A stretch of DNA of 19,457 bases from an uncultured bacterium (GCA_963824495.1 CAWGPQ010000004.1:1-19457); one strand, 5' to 3'; counted from the stretch's first letter, positions 7,383 to 16,943 are shown. The notes: generated by a model from the sequence alone, not told the origin. A program made the numbers and translations.

Positions 7383-8819
7383 ATGAAAAAAGGGTTATTT
7401 CAGAGCTACATGGCGGGCATTACAAATCAAACGCTTGGACAGAGTTACAGCGCCATCTTAGGCTATTTTTTCCCCGAGTTTATAACAGCACTGCTTCTTT
7501 ATGCTCTTGTGAATTCTCTTGATTTGTGGCTTATTGCATCACTCAAAAGTACGCCAATGTATGCAGCACAAGGAGTAACCAATACGCTCGTGCATGTTAT
7601 TACAAAAATTGCCGAGGGTATCTCGGTTGGTACCATTGTCATATGTGGTCAATATAACGGTCAAAAAGACTTTAACAATGTTGGTCGTTGCGCAGTTACA
7701 GCACTATGGATTACCTGTTGCTTGGGTGCTTGTGTTGCATTATTTTTATATAGCAGCGCTTATTGGATCTATCGATGTTACGGTGTTCCTGCTGAGATGA
7801 TTTCCTATGGCGTTGGGCTCTTGCGGGTGCGTGCATTAGCAATATTTTTTATGTTTATATACTTTGCGCTTATTGGTTTTTTACGGGGCATAAAGAATAC
7901 CAGGACACCTATGGTATTGTTTATTGTCGGTGTAACCGTATTTGTCTTTTTTGATTACGCTCTTATTTATGGCCGATATGGGTTGCCCGAAATGGGTTTA
8001 CAAGGATCAGCGTTAGCTTCTGCTGTTCAGTACGGGGTTATGCTCATAGGTGCTTTGACCTACAGTATTTTTAATAAAGATACTAGAAAATATAGCCTCA
8101 ATGTGCTGAAATCTTTCGATTGGCCGCTTGCGCACACTATCATAAGCTTAAGCTGGCCTGTTGTTCTTGATAAAGCATCACTAGCTGGTGCAAAGATGTG
8201 GCTTGGTATGATGGTTGCACCCATGGGAGTACAGGTTATTGCAAGCTGTGCTGCAATCGAGCTGCTTGAGCGTATAGCATTTATTCCGGCTATAGCATTT
8301 GCACAGGTTATTACGTTTCTTGTAAGTAATGATCATAAAGTGGGTGATTGGATTGGCATCAAAAATAATATTAAAAAAATAATTTTTTTAGCATCGGTTA
8401 TGGTAGTAGGTATGCTTCTACTTTTTTCTATTTCTCCACGTTATATTATCAGCTTTTTTGATACAGCATGTACTTTTACTCATTTTGCTGCCCAAGCATT
8501 TCCTGTTATTAGCATGGTAGTTTTCTTCGATGTACTTCAGGTAATTCTATCAGGCGCATTGCGCGGAGCAGCTGATGTAAAAACAGTTATGTGGGTACGC
8601 ATTTTAGTACTTATGTGCTACTTCATGCCGCTCTCGTATGGTATTGCCAAATTTCTTACCGTTGCCCCATTGCTCAAATTTATACTGCTCTATGCTGCGT
8701 TTTACACAAGCAATGGCTTAATGAGCATATTCTATATTGCTCGTTTTCGTAGCAAGCACTGGGATCAACAACCATTGCCACCATTACTAAAAAAAGCTCA
8801 AGCTTCTTCTATGACCTAA
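7383..8819 (+). CDS. MATE-family efflux transporter
   Basis: 478 aa with about 12 hydrophobic segments in two halves; GQYNG, GFLRGIKNTRTPM, PEMGLQGSALAS and GALRGAAD are MATE-type motifs. Confidence 0.92.
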   Translation: MKKGLFQSYMAGITNQTLGQSYSAILGYFFPEFITALLLYALVNSLDLWLIASLKSTPMYAAQGVTNTLVHVITKIAEGISVGTIVICGQYNGQKDFNNVGRCAVTALWITCCLGACVALFLYSSAYWIYRCYGVPAEMISYGVGLLRVRALAIFFMFIYFALIGFLRGIKNTRTPMVLFIVGVTVFVFFDYALIYGRYGLPEMGLQGSALASAVQYGVMLIGALTYSIFNKDTRKYSLNVLKSFDWPLAHTIISLSWPVVLDKASLAGAKMWLGMMVAPMGVQVIASCAAIELLERIAFIPAIAFAQVITFLVSNDHKVGDWIGIKNNIKKIIFLASVMVVGMLLLFSISPRYIISFFDTACTFTHFAAQAFPVISMVVFFDVLQVILSGALRGAADVKTVMWVRILVLMCYFMPLSYGIAKFLTVAPLLKFILLYAAFYTSNGLMSIFYIARFRSKHWDQQPLPPLLKKAQASSMT

Positions 8820-8858
8820 AATTCTTTACGCCTGTTAATTATAAGGAAATTGTAACCC

Positions 8859-8996
8859 ATGAAAGATATCTATAGCCACATAGATACGTTAAAAAAAGAG
8901 ATAAGCACGCATAGATCCTTCAAGACATGCCTTCTTATTGCCCGCATGGTAAAAGAGACTCAACAAGATTATATACGGTTATTTTTATCGACTTAA
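8859..8996 (+). pseudogene. Probable Fic-family gene remnant (N- and C-termini fused by internal deletion)
   Basis: 45-aa ORF with AAGGA upstream. MKDIYSHIDTLKKEISTHR resembles the IDxLKxxIxxxRP N-terminus, and IARMVKETQQDYIRLF the C-terminal helix, of ~250-aa Fic proteins (from memory). No HPFxDGNGR core. Confidence 0.5.
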
Positions 8997-8999
8997 GGC

Positions 9000-10256
9000 T
9001 TAAGGAGCATGAGAAGCGCTACCGACAGCGGGAGGCCTGAGCATTTGAGCCGTAATGAGCTTAATAAACTCTTCAGGATCAAATTCCCCATATGCCCTAC
9101 GAGCTTGTTCACGAGGAAGTGTTCTAAAAGCTTGAGCTAGTATTTCTTTTGTCGTTTTTAGACTGCAAAAGCTATTAATACTATCAATTATTTCTTGATA
9201 GCGTCGTTCTGCCTCGCTATCTCCCCGTTGTCGTGCTTCGAGTAAATTTCTTTCGGCCAATTGTAAAGGCGTTAAGTGCTCATCATTGGCAATTCTAAAG
9301 TTAGCTCCCGCTTGCAATAACGCATGCACTATCTGTGGATGACCTTGAGCGGCAGCCCAATGTAGGGCAGTAAAGCCACGTTGATCTTGTTTATTAATGT
9401 TGACACATCGGCGTTGGCTTGAGAAGCACACGCGTAAGCTTGGAAAACGTGTCATAATTCTCTGTGTAAGCGTCAGTGGTTCATCTTGCTGTAATGCTAT
9501 GTTTTCAGCCCTAACTTCGGGTGGTAGTGCTTGAAGAATATTCGTCACAGCTTCAAGATTACCTGTTGCAGCAGCAGTGTTAAGAGGTAATCCTATAAGT
9601 ACAGCTATGATTTTTAGTAATTGAGCATTTTGTGGATTGATAGTAGCGCCGTGCTCAAGAAGAAATGCTATTACCTGAGAAGCTGCGATTTCGTTATTTC
9701 TAAAGTATTTTGCAACTAACTCAAGAGCAGTATCGCCGGATGAATTCTTTGAATTAATAGATATACCGTAATGTATCAATAACTGTAAGATATCGAGGAG
9801 ATTACTTGCGTCAATATCTAGTACGTCAAAATCTGATCGAGCAAAGCGCATCATGGCTATAGGCATGAGAGGAGCATGAGTTTGCGCACCAGCTTCTAAT
9901 AATAGTCTAACGATAGGTGCCCTTTCATGTACTACAGCATGTTGTAATGGTGTCTCAGCTAAAGTATTAGTACGATTAACTTGAGCACGAGCTGCTATTA
10001 AAGCTTCCACTACGCCCCGACGAGGATTGCGTATAGCGACATCCAAGGGCGTGGTCCTTAAATCGCCATGCTCAGCATTAACGTTTGCACCTTTTTTTAT
10101 AAGGCTCAGTATAGTATTAAGGGATTTGTTCGCGGTAGCATCGTATAATTGCTTATCCAATTGCTCTTGGTTTGATTGTTCCATCGCGTGAGCATATGGC
10201 TGTACCACAACAAGCAGCATGAGCTTGCATGCTATATTTTTGTAATAATCCTGCAT
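9000..10256 (-). CDS. Exported ankyrin-repeat protein; paralog of 12340-13593
   Basis: Signal peptide ending AHAME, ANK repeats (GFTALHWAAAQG etc.), C-terminal PEEFIKLI. Confidence 0.92.
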   Translation of the reverse strand: MQDYYKNIACKLMLLVVVQPYAHAMEQSNQEQLDKQLYDATANKSLNTILSLIKKGANVNAEHGDLRTTPLDVAIRNPRRGVVEALIAARAQVNRTNTLAETPLQHAVVHERAPIVRLLLEAGAQTHAPLMPIAMMRFARSDFDVLDIDASNLLDILQLLIHYGISINSKNSSGDTALELVAKYFRNNEIAASQVIAFLLEHGATINPQNAQLLKIIAVLIGLPLNTAAATGNLEAVTNILQALPPEVRAENIALQQDEPLTLTQRIMTRFPSLRVCFSSQRRCVNINKQDQRGFTALHWAAAQGHPQIVHALLQAGANFRIANDEHLTPLQLAERNLLEARQRGDSEAERRYQEIIDSINSFCSLKTTKEILAQAFRTLPREQARRAYGEFDPEEFIKLITAQMLRPPAVGSASHAP

Positions 10257-10299
10257 ATTGTAACCTTTGGCATAGATATTGTTTATATTAGTAACTACT

Positions 10300-10329
10300 A
10301 GTATAAACTGAAATATTTTTAAAAATCAA
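10300..10329 (-). promoter_or_regulatory. Putative sigma70 promoter of the 9000-10256 gene
   Basis: TTGATT-N18-TATACT; hexamers and spacing are conserved upstream of the paralog (13675-13704). Confidence 0.6.
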
Positions 10330-10595
10330 CAGATGGCTAATAAGTTGATCGCATATCTGTAATAGTTCTTAATAGACATATTAAAGTCGGCGAGGGTATC
10401 AATAAAATAATATCTATATTAAATTTGCACTTATTCGAATTATTAAAAGCATAATCTTATAATCCTAAATTTGCAAATGGGGGGCTGGACGTTATGCTTT
10501 AGAGATTTACATATCGACCTTGACTTTTAAAAGTTCTTTTCTTAGGATTTACTTTGAAAAATAATAAGGGTGACAGGTAATTTGGAGCGTAAACT

Positions 10596-12311
10596 ATGAA
10601 AAATAGTCAATATACTGTGGGAAGTTATTTAGCTTCACGCCTTGAACAGATTGGTATTACACACTATTTTACTGTCCCAGGTGATCTCAATGTAGTTTTA
10701 TTAGATTACTTACTTAAAAACCCTAAACTTCAGATGATCAATTGCTGTAGTGAGCTTAACGCAGGATATGCGGCAGATGGGTACGCCCGTGCGCGTGGTA
10801 TAGCTGCACTTGTAGTCACATATTCTGTTGGTGGATTAAGCGCTTTAAATGCAGTAGCCAGCTCTTACGCGGAGGATTTGCCGGTTATTGTTATATCGGG
10901 CGCCCCGGGAACCGATACGCATATGCAGAACAAGATTGTTCATCATGGGTTAGGAGACGCTGATTATACTCATGTAAGAGATATATATTCTCACGTAACT
11001 GCGCAAGCAGTTATTATTGACCACGTACATGACGCAGCTTATCTTATAGATCAAGCTATTATGACAGCGCTTCGTACAAAAAAACCAGTTTATATCGAAA
11101 TTCCCTGCAATCTTGTAGCGTTAACTATTTCTACGCCACATCCTTTACAATATAAGGTTGCCCTTACCAGTGACCAAAAATCACTGGATGCAGCAGTGGA
11201 CCATGCAGCCTCTCTCTTAAACTCTGCCAAAAAACCTGTTTTAGTGGGTGGTGTCAAATTACGTTCTTGGCAAGCCATAGATCAATTTCAAGAGCTCATA
11301 CAGGCATCAGGGTATGCAGTCGCTGCTATGCCTAATGCAAAGGGTTTTATTTCTGAGCAAAGCCCTAATTACATAGGAATTTATTGGGGCTTTGCAAGTT
11401 CACCAGGGTGTGCTGAAATCGTTGAATCAAGTGACGCATATCTTTTTGCTGGGCCTTTGTTTAGTGATTATATGACAGGGGGTTATTCTATGGTGCTTGA
11501 TCCTAAAAAATTAATTAATGCCCAGGAAGATTACATAGAGTTATCGGGACAAGTCTATACTGCTATTGCCTTACGTGAATTTTTATCTGCACTGGCCAAA
11601 AGAATTAAACCACATACACGTTCATTAGAAGTGTTCAAAACTATAGAGGACACATCTCAGCTTGAAGAAAAAAGCGATCCACATGGCCCACTCAAGATTG
11701 TTCAATTGTTTGCTCGGATACAGGAACTCTTGGATGAGCATAGCGCGCTTATTATTGAAACTGGTGATTCTCTATTTAATAGTATGTTTCTTTCTCTGCC
11801 GGATGGCTGCACCTATGAAAGCCCAATGCAGTATGTTACGCTTGGCTGGTCAATAGGTGCAACGTTGGGGTATGCTCTTGCTCGTCAAAACTTATATCGC
11901 GTTATTACCATTACGGGTGATGGAGGGTTCCAAATGAATCCTCAAGAGGTTTCCTCAATGATTCGCCATGGACTTAATCCAATTATCATTCTTGTTAATA
12001 ATGGTGGATATACAAGTGAAAAAGTAATGGAAGAGGGACCTTACAGCAAAATCAAAAATTGGTACTATAGCGAGTTGGTTGCGGTTTTTAATGCAGAACA
12101 GGGTAATGGCTGGGGCTGCAAAGTAACTACTGAAGCTGAACTTATTGCGGCTTTTGCACAAGCAGTGCAGCATAATGGACTCTGCCTTATCGAAGCAATA
12201 ATCAATAGTAATGATTATAATAAGTATTTACTAGAATTTGGTAGTCGAATCATGGCGTTTAATAGTAAACCGCCACACTACTCAACGTTACGGTATTTGC
12301 CCAATGGCTAA
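10596..12311 (+). CDS. pdc: ThDP-dependent 2-oxoacid decarboxylase, Zymomonas pyruvate decarboxylase-like
   Basis: YTVGSYLASRLEQIG, PGD, CCSELNAGYAADGYAR, HH pair, ETGDS, GDGGFQ...NNGGYTSE ThDP motif; GGAG RBS. Confidence 0.88.
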   Translation: MKNSQYTVGSYLASRLEQIGITHYFTVPGDLNVVLLDYLLKNPKLQMINCCSELNAGYAADGYARARGIAALVVTYSVGGLSALNAVASSYAEDLPVIVISGAPGTDTHMQNKIVHHGLGDADYTHVRDIYSHVTAQAVIIDHVHDAAYLIDQAIMTALRTKKPVYIEIPCNLVALTISTPHPLQYKVALTSDQKSLDAAVDHAASLLNSAKKPVLVGGVKLRSWQAIDQFQELIQASGYAVAAMPNAKGFISEQSPNYIGIYWGFASSPGCAEIVESSDAYLFAGPLFSDYMTGGYSMVLDPKKLINAQEDYIELSGQVYTAIALREFLSALAKRIKPHTRSLEVFKTIEDTSQLEEKSDPHGPLKIVQLFARIQELLDEHSALIIETGDSLFNSMFLSLPDGCTYESPMQYVTLGWSIGATLGYALARQNLYRVITITGDGGFQMNPQEVSSMIRHGLNPIIILVNNGGYTSEKVMEEGPYSKIKNWYYSELVAVFNAEQGNGWGCKVTTEAELIAAFAQAVQHNGLCLIEAIINSNDYNKYLLEFGSRIMAFNSKPPHYSTLRYLPNG

Positions 12312-12339
12312 TAGCTAATAACTGGGCTCATAACGAGGC

Positions 12340-13593
12340 TTAAGGGGCATGTGAAGCGCTAGCGGCTGCAGGAGGTCTTGCCATTTGATATTCGATAATA
12401 TGTTTAATAATCTCTTCGGGATTAAATTCTCCATATGCCGTACGGGCTTGCTCGCGGGGAATTGTTCTAAAAGCTTGAGCTAGTATTTCTTTTGTTGTTT
12501 TTAGGTTGCGAAAATTATCAATACTATCAATTATTTCTTGATAGCGTCGTTCTGCCTCGCTATCTCCCCGTTGCCGCGCTTCGTGTAAATTTCTTTCGGC
12601 CAATTGCAAAGGCGTTAGGTGTTCATTATTGGTAATTCTAAAGTTAGCCCCTGCTTGCAATAACGCATGCGCTATCTGTGGATTGCCTTGAGCAGCAGCC
12701 CAATGCAGGGCGGTAAAACCACGTCGATCTTGCTGATTAATATTGACGCATTGGCGTTGGCCTGAAAAGCACGCACGTAAACTTGGAAAATATGCCATAA
12801 TTCTCTGTACAAGCGTGAGTGGTTCACCTTGCTGTAATGCTATGTTTTCAGCCCTAATCTTAGATGGTATTGTTTGAAGAATAGCCGTTACTTCTTTAAG
12901 GTTACCCATTGCGGCAGCAGTTCCTAGAGGAAATCCTATTAGCTCAGTAATAATTTTTTGTAACTTGGCATTATCGAGATCAATGGCAGCGCCATGCTCA
13001 AGAAGAAAGAATATGACCTGAAAAGCTGCAGTTAGATTATCGCTACTATTTGCCGTAGCTAATTGAAGAGCAGTCCTATCATGTGGGTCTCTCGCATTAA
13101 TGTTTGCCCCATAATCTATAAGTAACTGTAATATCTCTAAAAGCTCTTTCGCGTTAACTGTTGACTCGCTGAAGCGTGTCATAGCAAGGGGAAAAAATAT
13201 GGCGTTTGGCCTCATATCAGTCTCAGCACCAGCACGTAACAATAATCTAACAATAGCTGGGTTTTCATATAATACAGCACTATCCAAAGCTGTTCCACCG
13301 GCACTATCGACATGATTAACACGAGCGCCAGCTGCAAGTAAAGCTTCAGCCACACCTCGATGAGGATTATGTATAGCCATGTCCAAGGGTGTCATCTCAT
13401 AGGCTTGCTCAGCATTAACGTTAGCACCCTTTTTTATGAGGTTTAGTATAACGTTAAGAGGCTCGCGTGAAGCAGCATCATATAATTGCCTGTCCAGCTC
13501 CTCTTGGCTTGGTTGCTCTAGAGTGTATGTGTACGGCTGATTGAAAGCGCATAGGATCAGCACATATACGGTATTTTTATATGCATTACTCAT
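12340..13593 (-). CDS. Exported ankyrin-repeat protein; paralog of 9000-10256
   Basis: Colinear with the 418-aa paralog, with a near-identical C-terminal third; ends PEEIIKHIIEY...ASHAP. Confidence 0.92.
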   Translation of the reverse strand: MSNAYKNTVYVLILCAFNQPYTYTLEQPSQEELDRQLYDAASREPLNVILNLIKKGANVNAEQAYEMTPLDMAIHNPHRGVAEALLAAGARVNHVDSAGGTALDSAVLYENPAIVRLLLRAGAETDMRPNAIFFPLAMTRFSESTVNAKELLEILQLLIDYGANINARDPHDRTALQLATANSSDNLTAAFQVIFFLLEHGAAIDLDNAKLQKIITELIGFPLGTAAAMGNLKEVTAILQTIPSKIRAENIALQQGEPLTLVQRIMAYFPSLRACFSGQRQCVNINQQDRRGFTALHWAAAQGNPQIAHALLQAGANFRITNNEHLTPLQLAERNLHEARQRGDSEAERRYQEIIDSIDNFRNLKTTKEILAQAFRTIPREQARTAYGEFNPEEIIKHIIEYQMARPPAAASASHAP

Positions 13594-13674
13594 AGTATTC
13601 CTGGTATATCTTTTTTAGTACTCGAGCTCTTGTATTAGCCTAAGTACTGTTAGTTACTGGTGCTTATAATTAAC

Positions 13675-13704
13675 AGTATAGTATGAATAATTTTTGAAAA
13701 TCAA
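13675..13704 (-). promoter_or_regulatory. Putative sigma70 promoter of the 12340-13593 gene
   Basis: TTGATT-N18-TATACT. Confidence 0.6.
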
Positions 13705-13810
13705 TAAAAAATAATTTTATATTGAGATAATCGCATGAGTTTTGATGAAACCCTTATGGCTACGGCATAGTTGGTGCGATTGCCCTGGCTTAAATTAAAC
13801 TGCTTATTCA

Positions 13811-13840
13811 TTGACGATCTTGTTGTTTTTATGAAATAAT
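13811..13840 (+). promoter_or_regulatory. Putative promoter of ankyrin pseudogene 13884
   Basis: TTGACG-N18-AATAAT with TG at the extended -10 position. Confidence 0.4.
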
Positions 13841-13883
13841 TAAAGATAGAGGTAATAACTAATACATTAGAAAGAGTTAAGCT

Positions 13884-14915
13884 GTGATTAAAACTATTAC
13901 AAAATTACTTGTGATTAGCTTAGTGTTAGGCAGTGATTTCCTATTAGAATCTATGCAGGTTCAAGATCCAACTAATCCTGCCAATCAATAATTGCTTGAT
14001 GCGGTTGAGGATGACAACCTTGAAGCAGTTGAAGCTGCACTCAAAGCTGGTGCTCATGTTAATTATGCTAATAAAGTTGGTGATACTGCTCTTATGAAAG
14101 CAGCTGAGTCTGTGCATATAGAAGTAGTTAAAATGCTTATAGAGCATGGCGCTAATATTAATCACATTGATAATAATGGCGATACCACTCTTATAATCGA
14201 TCTTATGAACATGACAGTACTAGCAGCTTCATCTCACCCTCGACTACTAGCAATTGCCCGGTTGCTTATAGAACATGGAGCAAGAATACCAACTCAAGAA
14301 GAGCTTCAGGGAATTGCTCAGCGATATCAGCAATCTTCCAACCAAGTAGAAAAAAAATGCAAGACAAGCCCTAATGAATATATTTGGAGGTAACGAGCTC
14401 GCTTACGCAGCAGCTCTCGGCAATGAATGGGCTGTAGAAAAATTACTCTCTACTATACCAGTTAACCAACAAGATACTCACGGTATAACAGCGTTGCACT
14501 GGGCTGCAGCTCAAGGACATGGTGCTATGGTAACACTCTTGCTTGATCACGGTGCTGATATCAATGCTCGAGATGTCGATGGTAATACACCGTTACATTT
14601 GGCAGCTCGTAATGGCAACTTGAGTGTGGTTCAACTTCTGCTTGCACGTGGTGCTAACCCTGCCCTTGCTAACGCGAACGGTGATGTACCTATCGCTCTT
14701 GCCTATAGGTATCCTCTGATGTTGTTGCATTCTTAGAAAGAGAAGCTGGTAGAGTTGTATTTGGCAGAATATCAACATTAGGCCGTAGGGGTGGCTTTGC
14801 ATGGCAGCTAGTGGGTCAGCAGCAACTTCTTCCGCCCGATATTGCTCAACAAATCGCTCAATTTGCGCTAGCTCCTGGCCACCCTATACTTCCTCCATCA
14901 CGATCGCATTCGTAA
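13884..14915 (+). pseudogene. Ankyrin/F-box-like gene with three lesions
   Basis: GTG 13884 plus signal peptide (…LESMQVQD). TAA at 13989-13991 where paralogs have Glu (NQELLDA). Frameshift at A8 14350-14357. Second frameshift at ~14712-14716, after which another frame reads DVVAFLERE…LPPDIAQQIAQFALAPGH to TAA 14913-14915. Confidence 0.88.
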
Positions 14916-15107
14916 GTTTCTTGAAATACTTAATAGCATAACAGGGCAATTACACCAATCGAGGTGCTCTTCTCTAATTTAAAGACCCGAGATTTTCTTG
15001 TTATTAAGACTTAGCTGCGTCATGCTGCTCTTTTCCTCATGTACGTCCCTGTTGTTATGGTTATTCTTAAAATTTATCAGGTATTAAGGTATTAAGTGAT
15101 AAAACTA

Positions 15108-15137
15108 TTGATTTCTTATTAATTCAAATGGTAAATT
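15108..15137 (+). promoter_or_regulatory. Putative promoter of the peroxiredoxin-thioredoxin operon
   Basis: TTGATT-N18-TAAATT with extended -10 TG; AAGGA RBS before ATG 15188. Confidence 0.45.
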
Positions 15138-15187
15138 ATAATTGATGAACTAAAATAAATAATTCCTAAAGAATAAGGATAAGTGCT

Positions 15188-15958
15188 ATGAAAAGTGTTA
15201 TAAAGAAGAGTATGGCCCTTTTATTGTTCCTTAATAGTTCTACTCAAGTTTTTTCTCAGACAGATGACTATGAGCTTGAAACTTCTGACGAATGCCAATC
15301 ACTTGTTGGAAGAAAAGCTCCTACATTTACCGCTCAAGCAGTTATTGATGGCACCGTTAAGCGTATATCCCTTGATGACTACAGAGATATGTATAAAGTT
15401 CTGTTGTTTTATCCAGCTGATTTTTCTTATATATGTCCAACAGAGCTTCATGCTTTACAGGACGCTATTGAAGAGTTTAAGAAGAGAAATGTAGCGCTTT
15501 TTGCAATTTCTGTCGATCAGACCTATACACATATAGCATGGCTCAAACTATCTAAAAACAAAGGGGGAATTAACGGGATACAGTATCCACTCATTGCTGA
15601 TGTAACAAAAGATATTTCTCAAGCCTATGGTGTATTAAATGACCAGGGTGTCGATCTGCGTGCTGTATTTATCCTAGATAAAGATGATGTTGTGCAAAGT
15701 ATCATGATAAATAACCTTGCTATCGGGCGTAATATTGACGAGGTTATTCGGATTGTAGATGCTTTGCAGCTTACTGAGGGTAAAGCTGAGTTCTGTCCTG
15801 CCAATTGGCAACGGGGTCAAAAGCTAATCAAGCCAACTCGTGAAGGGCTTGAGGACCACTTTGCAGGTTTACAAGATCGAGAGCCAAAGCAAGAAAGCCA
15901 AGTTTCAGGAAGTGAAGGCGGGGAAAGTCAAACTGAAAAACAACCGGTGAGCTCATGA
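15188..15958 (+). CDS. ahpC: 2-Cys peroxiredoxin (AhpC/Prx1) with N-terminal signal peptide and acidic tail
   Basis: FYPADFSYICPTE peroxidatic motif, GRNIDEVIR, FCPANW resolving Cys. Confidence 0.92.
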   Translation: MKSVIKKSMALLLFLNSSTQVFSQTDDYELETSDECQSLVGRKAPTFTAQAVIDGTVKRISLDDYRDMYKVLLFYPADFSYICPTELHALQDAIEEFKKRNVALFAISVDQTYTHIAWLKLSKNKGGINGIQYPLIADVTKDISQAYGVLNDQGVDLRAVFILDKDDVVQSIMINNLAIGRNIDEVIRIVDALQLTEGKAEFCPANWQRGQKLIKPTREGLEDHFAGLQDREPKQESQVSGSEGGESQTEKQPVSS

Positions 15959-16389
15959 GTGCTATCGTAAATACTTCAAAATGTACTCTACTTGCTGCGT
16001 TGATTATGTCTCTGGCAAACACAAGCATTTTTGCCAATACTGTTAAAACCGTAAGCACTATACCTGAGTTTCAAGATATACTAGAGCGTAATAACTGGGT
16101 GGTTGCCGAATTCTTTAACCCTGACTGTCCCCATTGCCAAAAATTTAAACATGATGGCACATTTGATGACCTTGCGCGTGAATTTGGTACTATTGTATTC
16201 GTAGAAATAAGCTCTGCAGATGGACGAGAGCTTCATAAGATATATCACATTAATGCTTTCCCAACGTTTATCTTCTTTAATAACGGAAAAGAAGATAAAC
16301 GTTATCTTGGGTATCAGACAAAAAAAGAGCTTACTGCCATTATACGAGCACGTATGAAATCCCCTGCACTTGATACTCATAATCTATAA
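15955..16389 (+). CDS. Thioredoxin-family protein with signal peptide (CPHC)
   Basis: EFFNPDCPHC and INAFPTFIFFNNGK; ATGA overlap with the peroxiredoxin stop. Confidence 0.88.
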   Translation: MSAIVNTSKCTLLAALIMSLANTSIFANTVKTVSTIPEFQDILERNNWVVAEFFNPDCPHCQKFKHDGTFDDLAREFGTIVFVEISSADGRELHKIYHINAFPTFIFFNNGKEDKRYLGYQTKKELTAIIRARMKSPALDTHNL

Positions 16390-16778
16390 GATCTGGGGGA
16401 TTTTCTGCTGAACTTAATAAAAGTTGCAATGACTGACTCAATTTTTTCTATACACTCAAGGGTAACGCCCGCTCCGGCCATCAACAATCCCGCTACGTTT
16501 GGGATAGCAGGAATTAATAGTATTAAGCGAAACGGTTGGTTAATGTTAGCGTTAACTAAAAGATTATTAAGCATGGGTGCTGCCAAATACATAAAGCCTA
16601 GCGATTTGGCAATATACCATGCTGACTCTTGCTTTTTTATTTCAGGATCATCCGATATACCAAGCCCCTTGTCTATATAATAGTCAATAGTACTTGATAG
16701 CGTAAGATTAGAGGCTTCAGCGACAACGCAGGTTGTAAAACCAATCGAGACGGTAAGTAGGAAACAATATTTTTTCAT
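16377..16778 (-). CDS. Hypothetical exported/membrane protein; paralog of 410-868
   Basis: Likely start ATG 16778 (MKKYCFLL) with AAGGA RBS; 133 aa; overlaps the thioredoxin 3' end by 13 bp. Confidence 0.78.
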   Translation of the reverse strand: MKKYCFLLTVSIGFTTCVVAEASNLTLSSTIDYYIDKGLGISDDPEIKKQESAWYIAKSLGFMYLAAPMLNNLLVNANINQPFRLILLIPAIPNVAGLLMAGAGVTLECIEKIESVIATFIKFSRKSPRSYRL

Positions 16779-16913
16779 AATAAAAAGTCCTTTTAAAAGA
16801 GAAGAAGCAAGATATAACATTATAGCATGAATCTCTAAACTACTCGTGCTCCTCTCTCTGATTGGTAGTAGCTCTTATGGGCTATGGCGTTCTGCGAATC
16901 AACAAACCAAAGC

Positions 16914-16943
16914 TTGCAATTAGAAATTATCATGTGGTATACT
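16914..16943 (+). promoter_or_regulatory. Putative sigma70 promoter of the 17012 ankyrin gene
   Basis: TTGCAA-N18-TATACT with extended -10 TG; degenerate homolog at ~18098-18128. Confidence 0.6.

Noticed and set aside
10471..10498. G6 tract within a TTGCAA-N16-TATGCT candidate promoter as a phase-variation switch for pdc
   Set aside because: The tract is short and an alternative promoter candidate (TTGACT-N17-TAGGAT at 10520) exists; no further support.
2530..16680. Short ORFs overlapping real genes (2530, 5492, 6014, 6528, 7594, 11090, 11662, 11955, 13944, 14593, 15264, 15828, 16081, 16429)
   Set aside because: Antisense or alternate-frame shadows of well-supported genes with no recognisable motifs.
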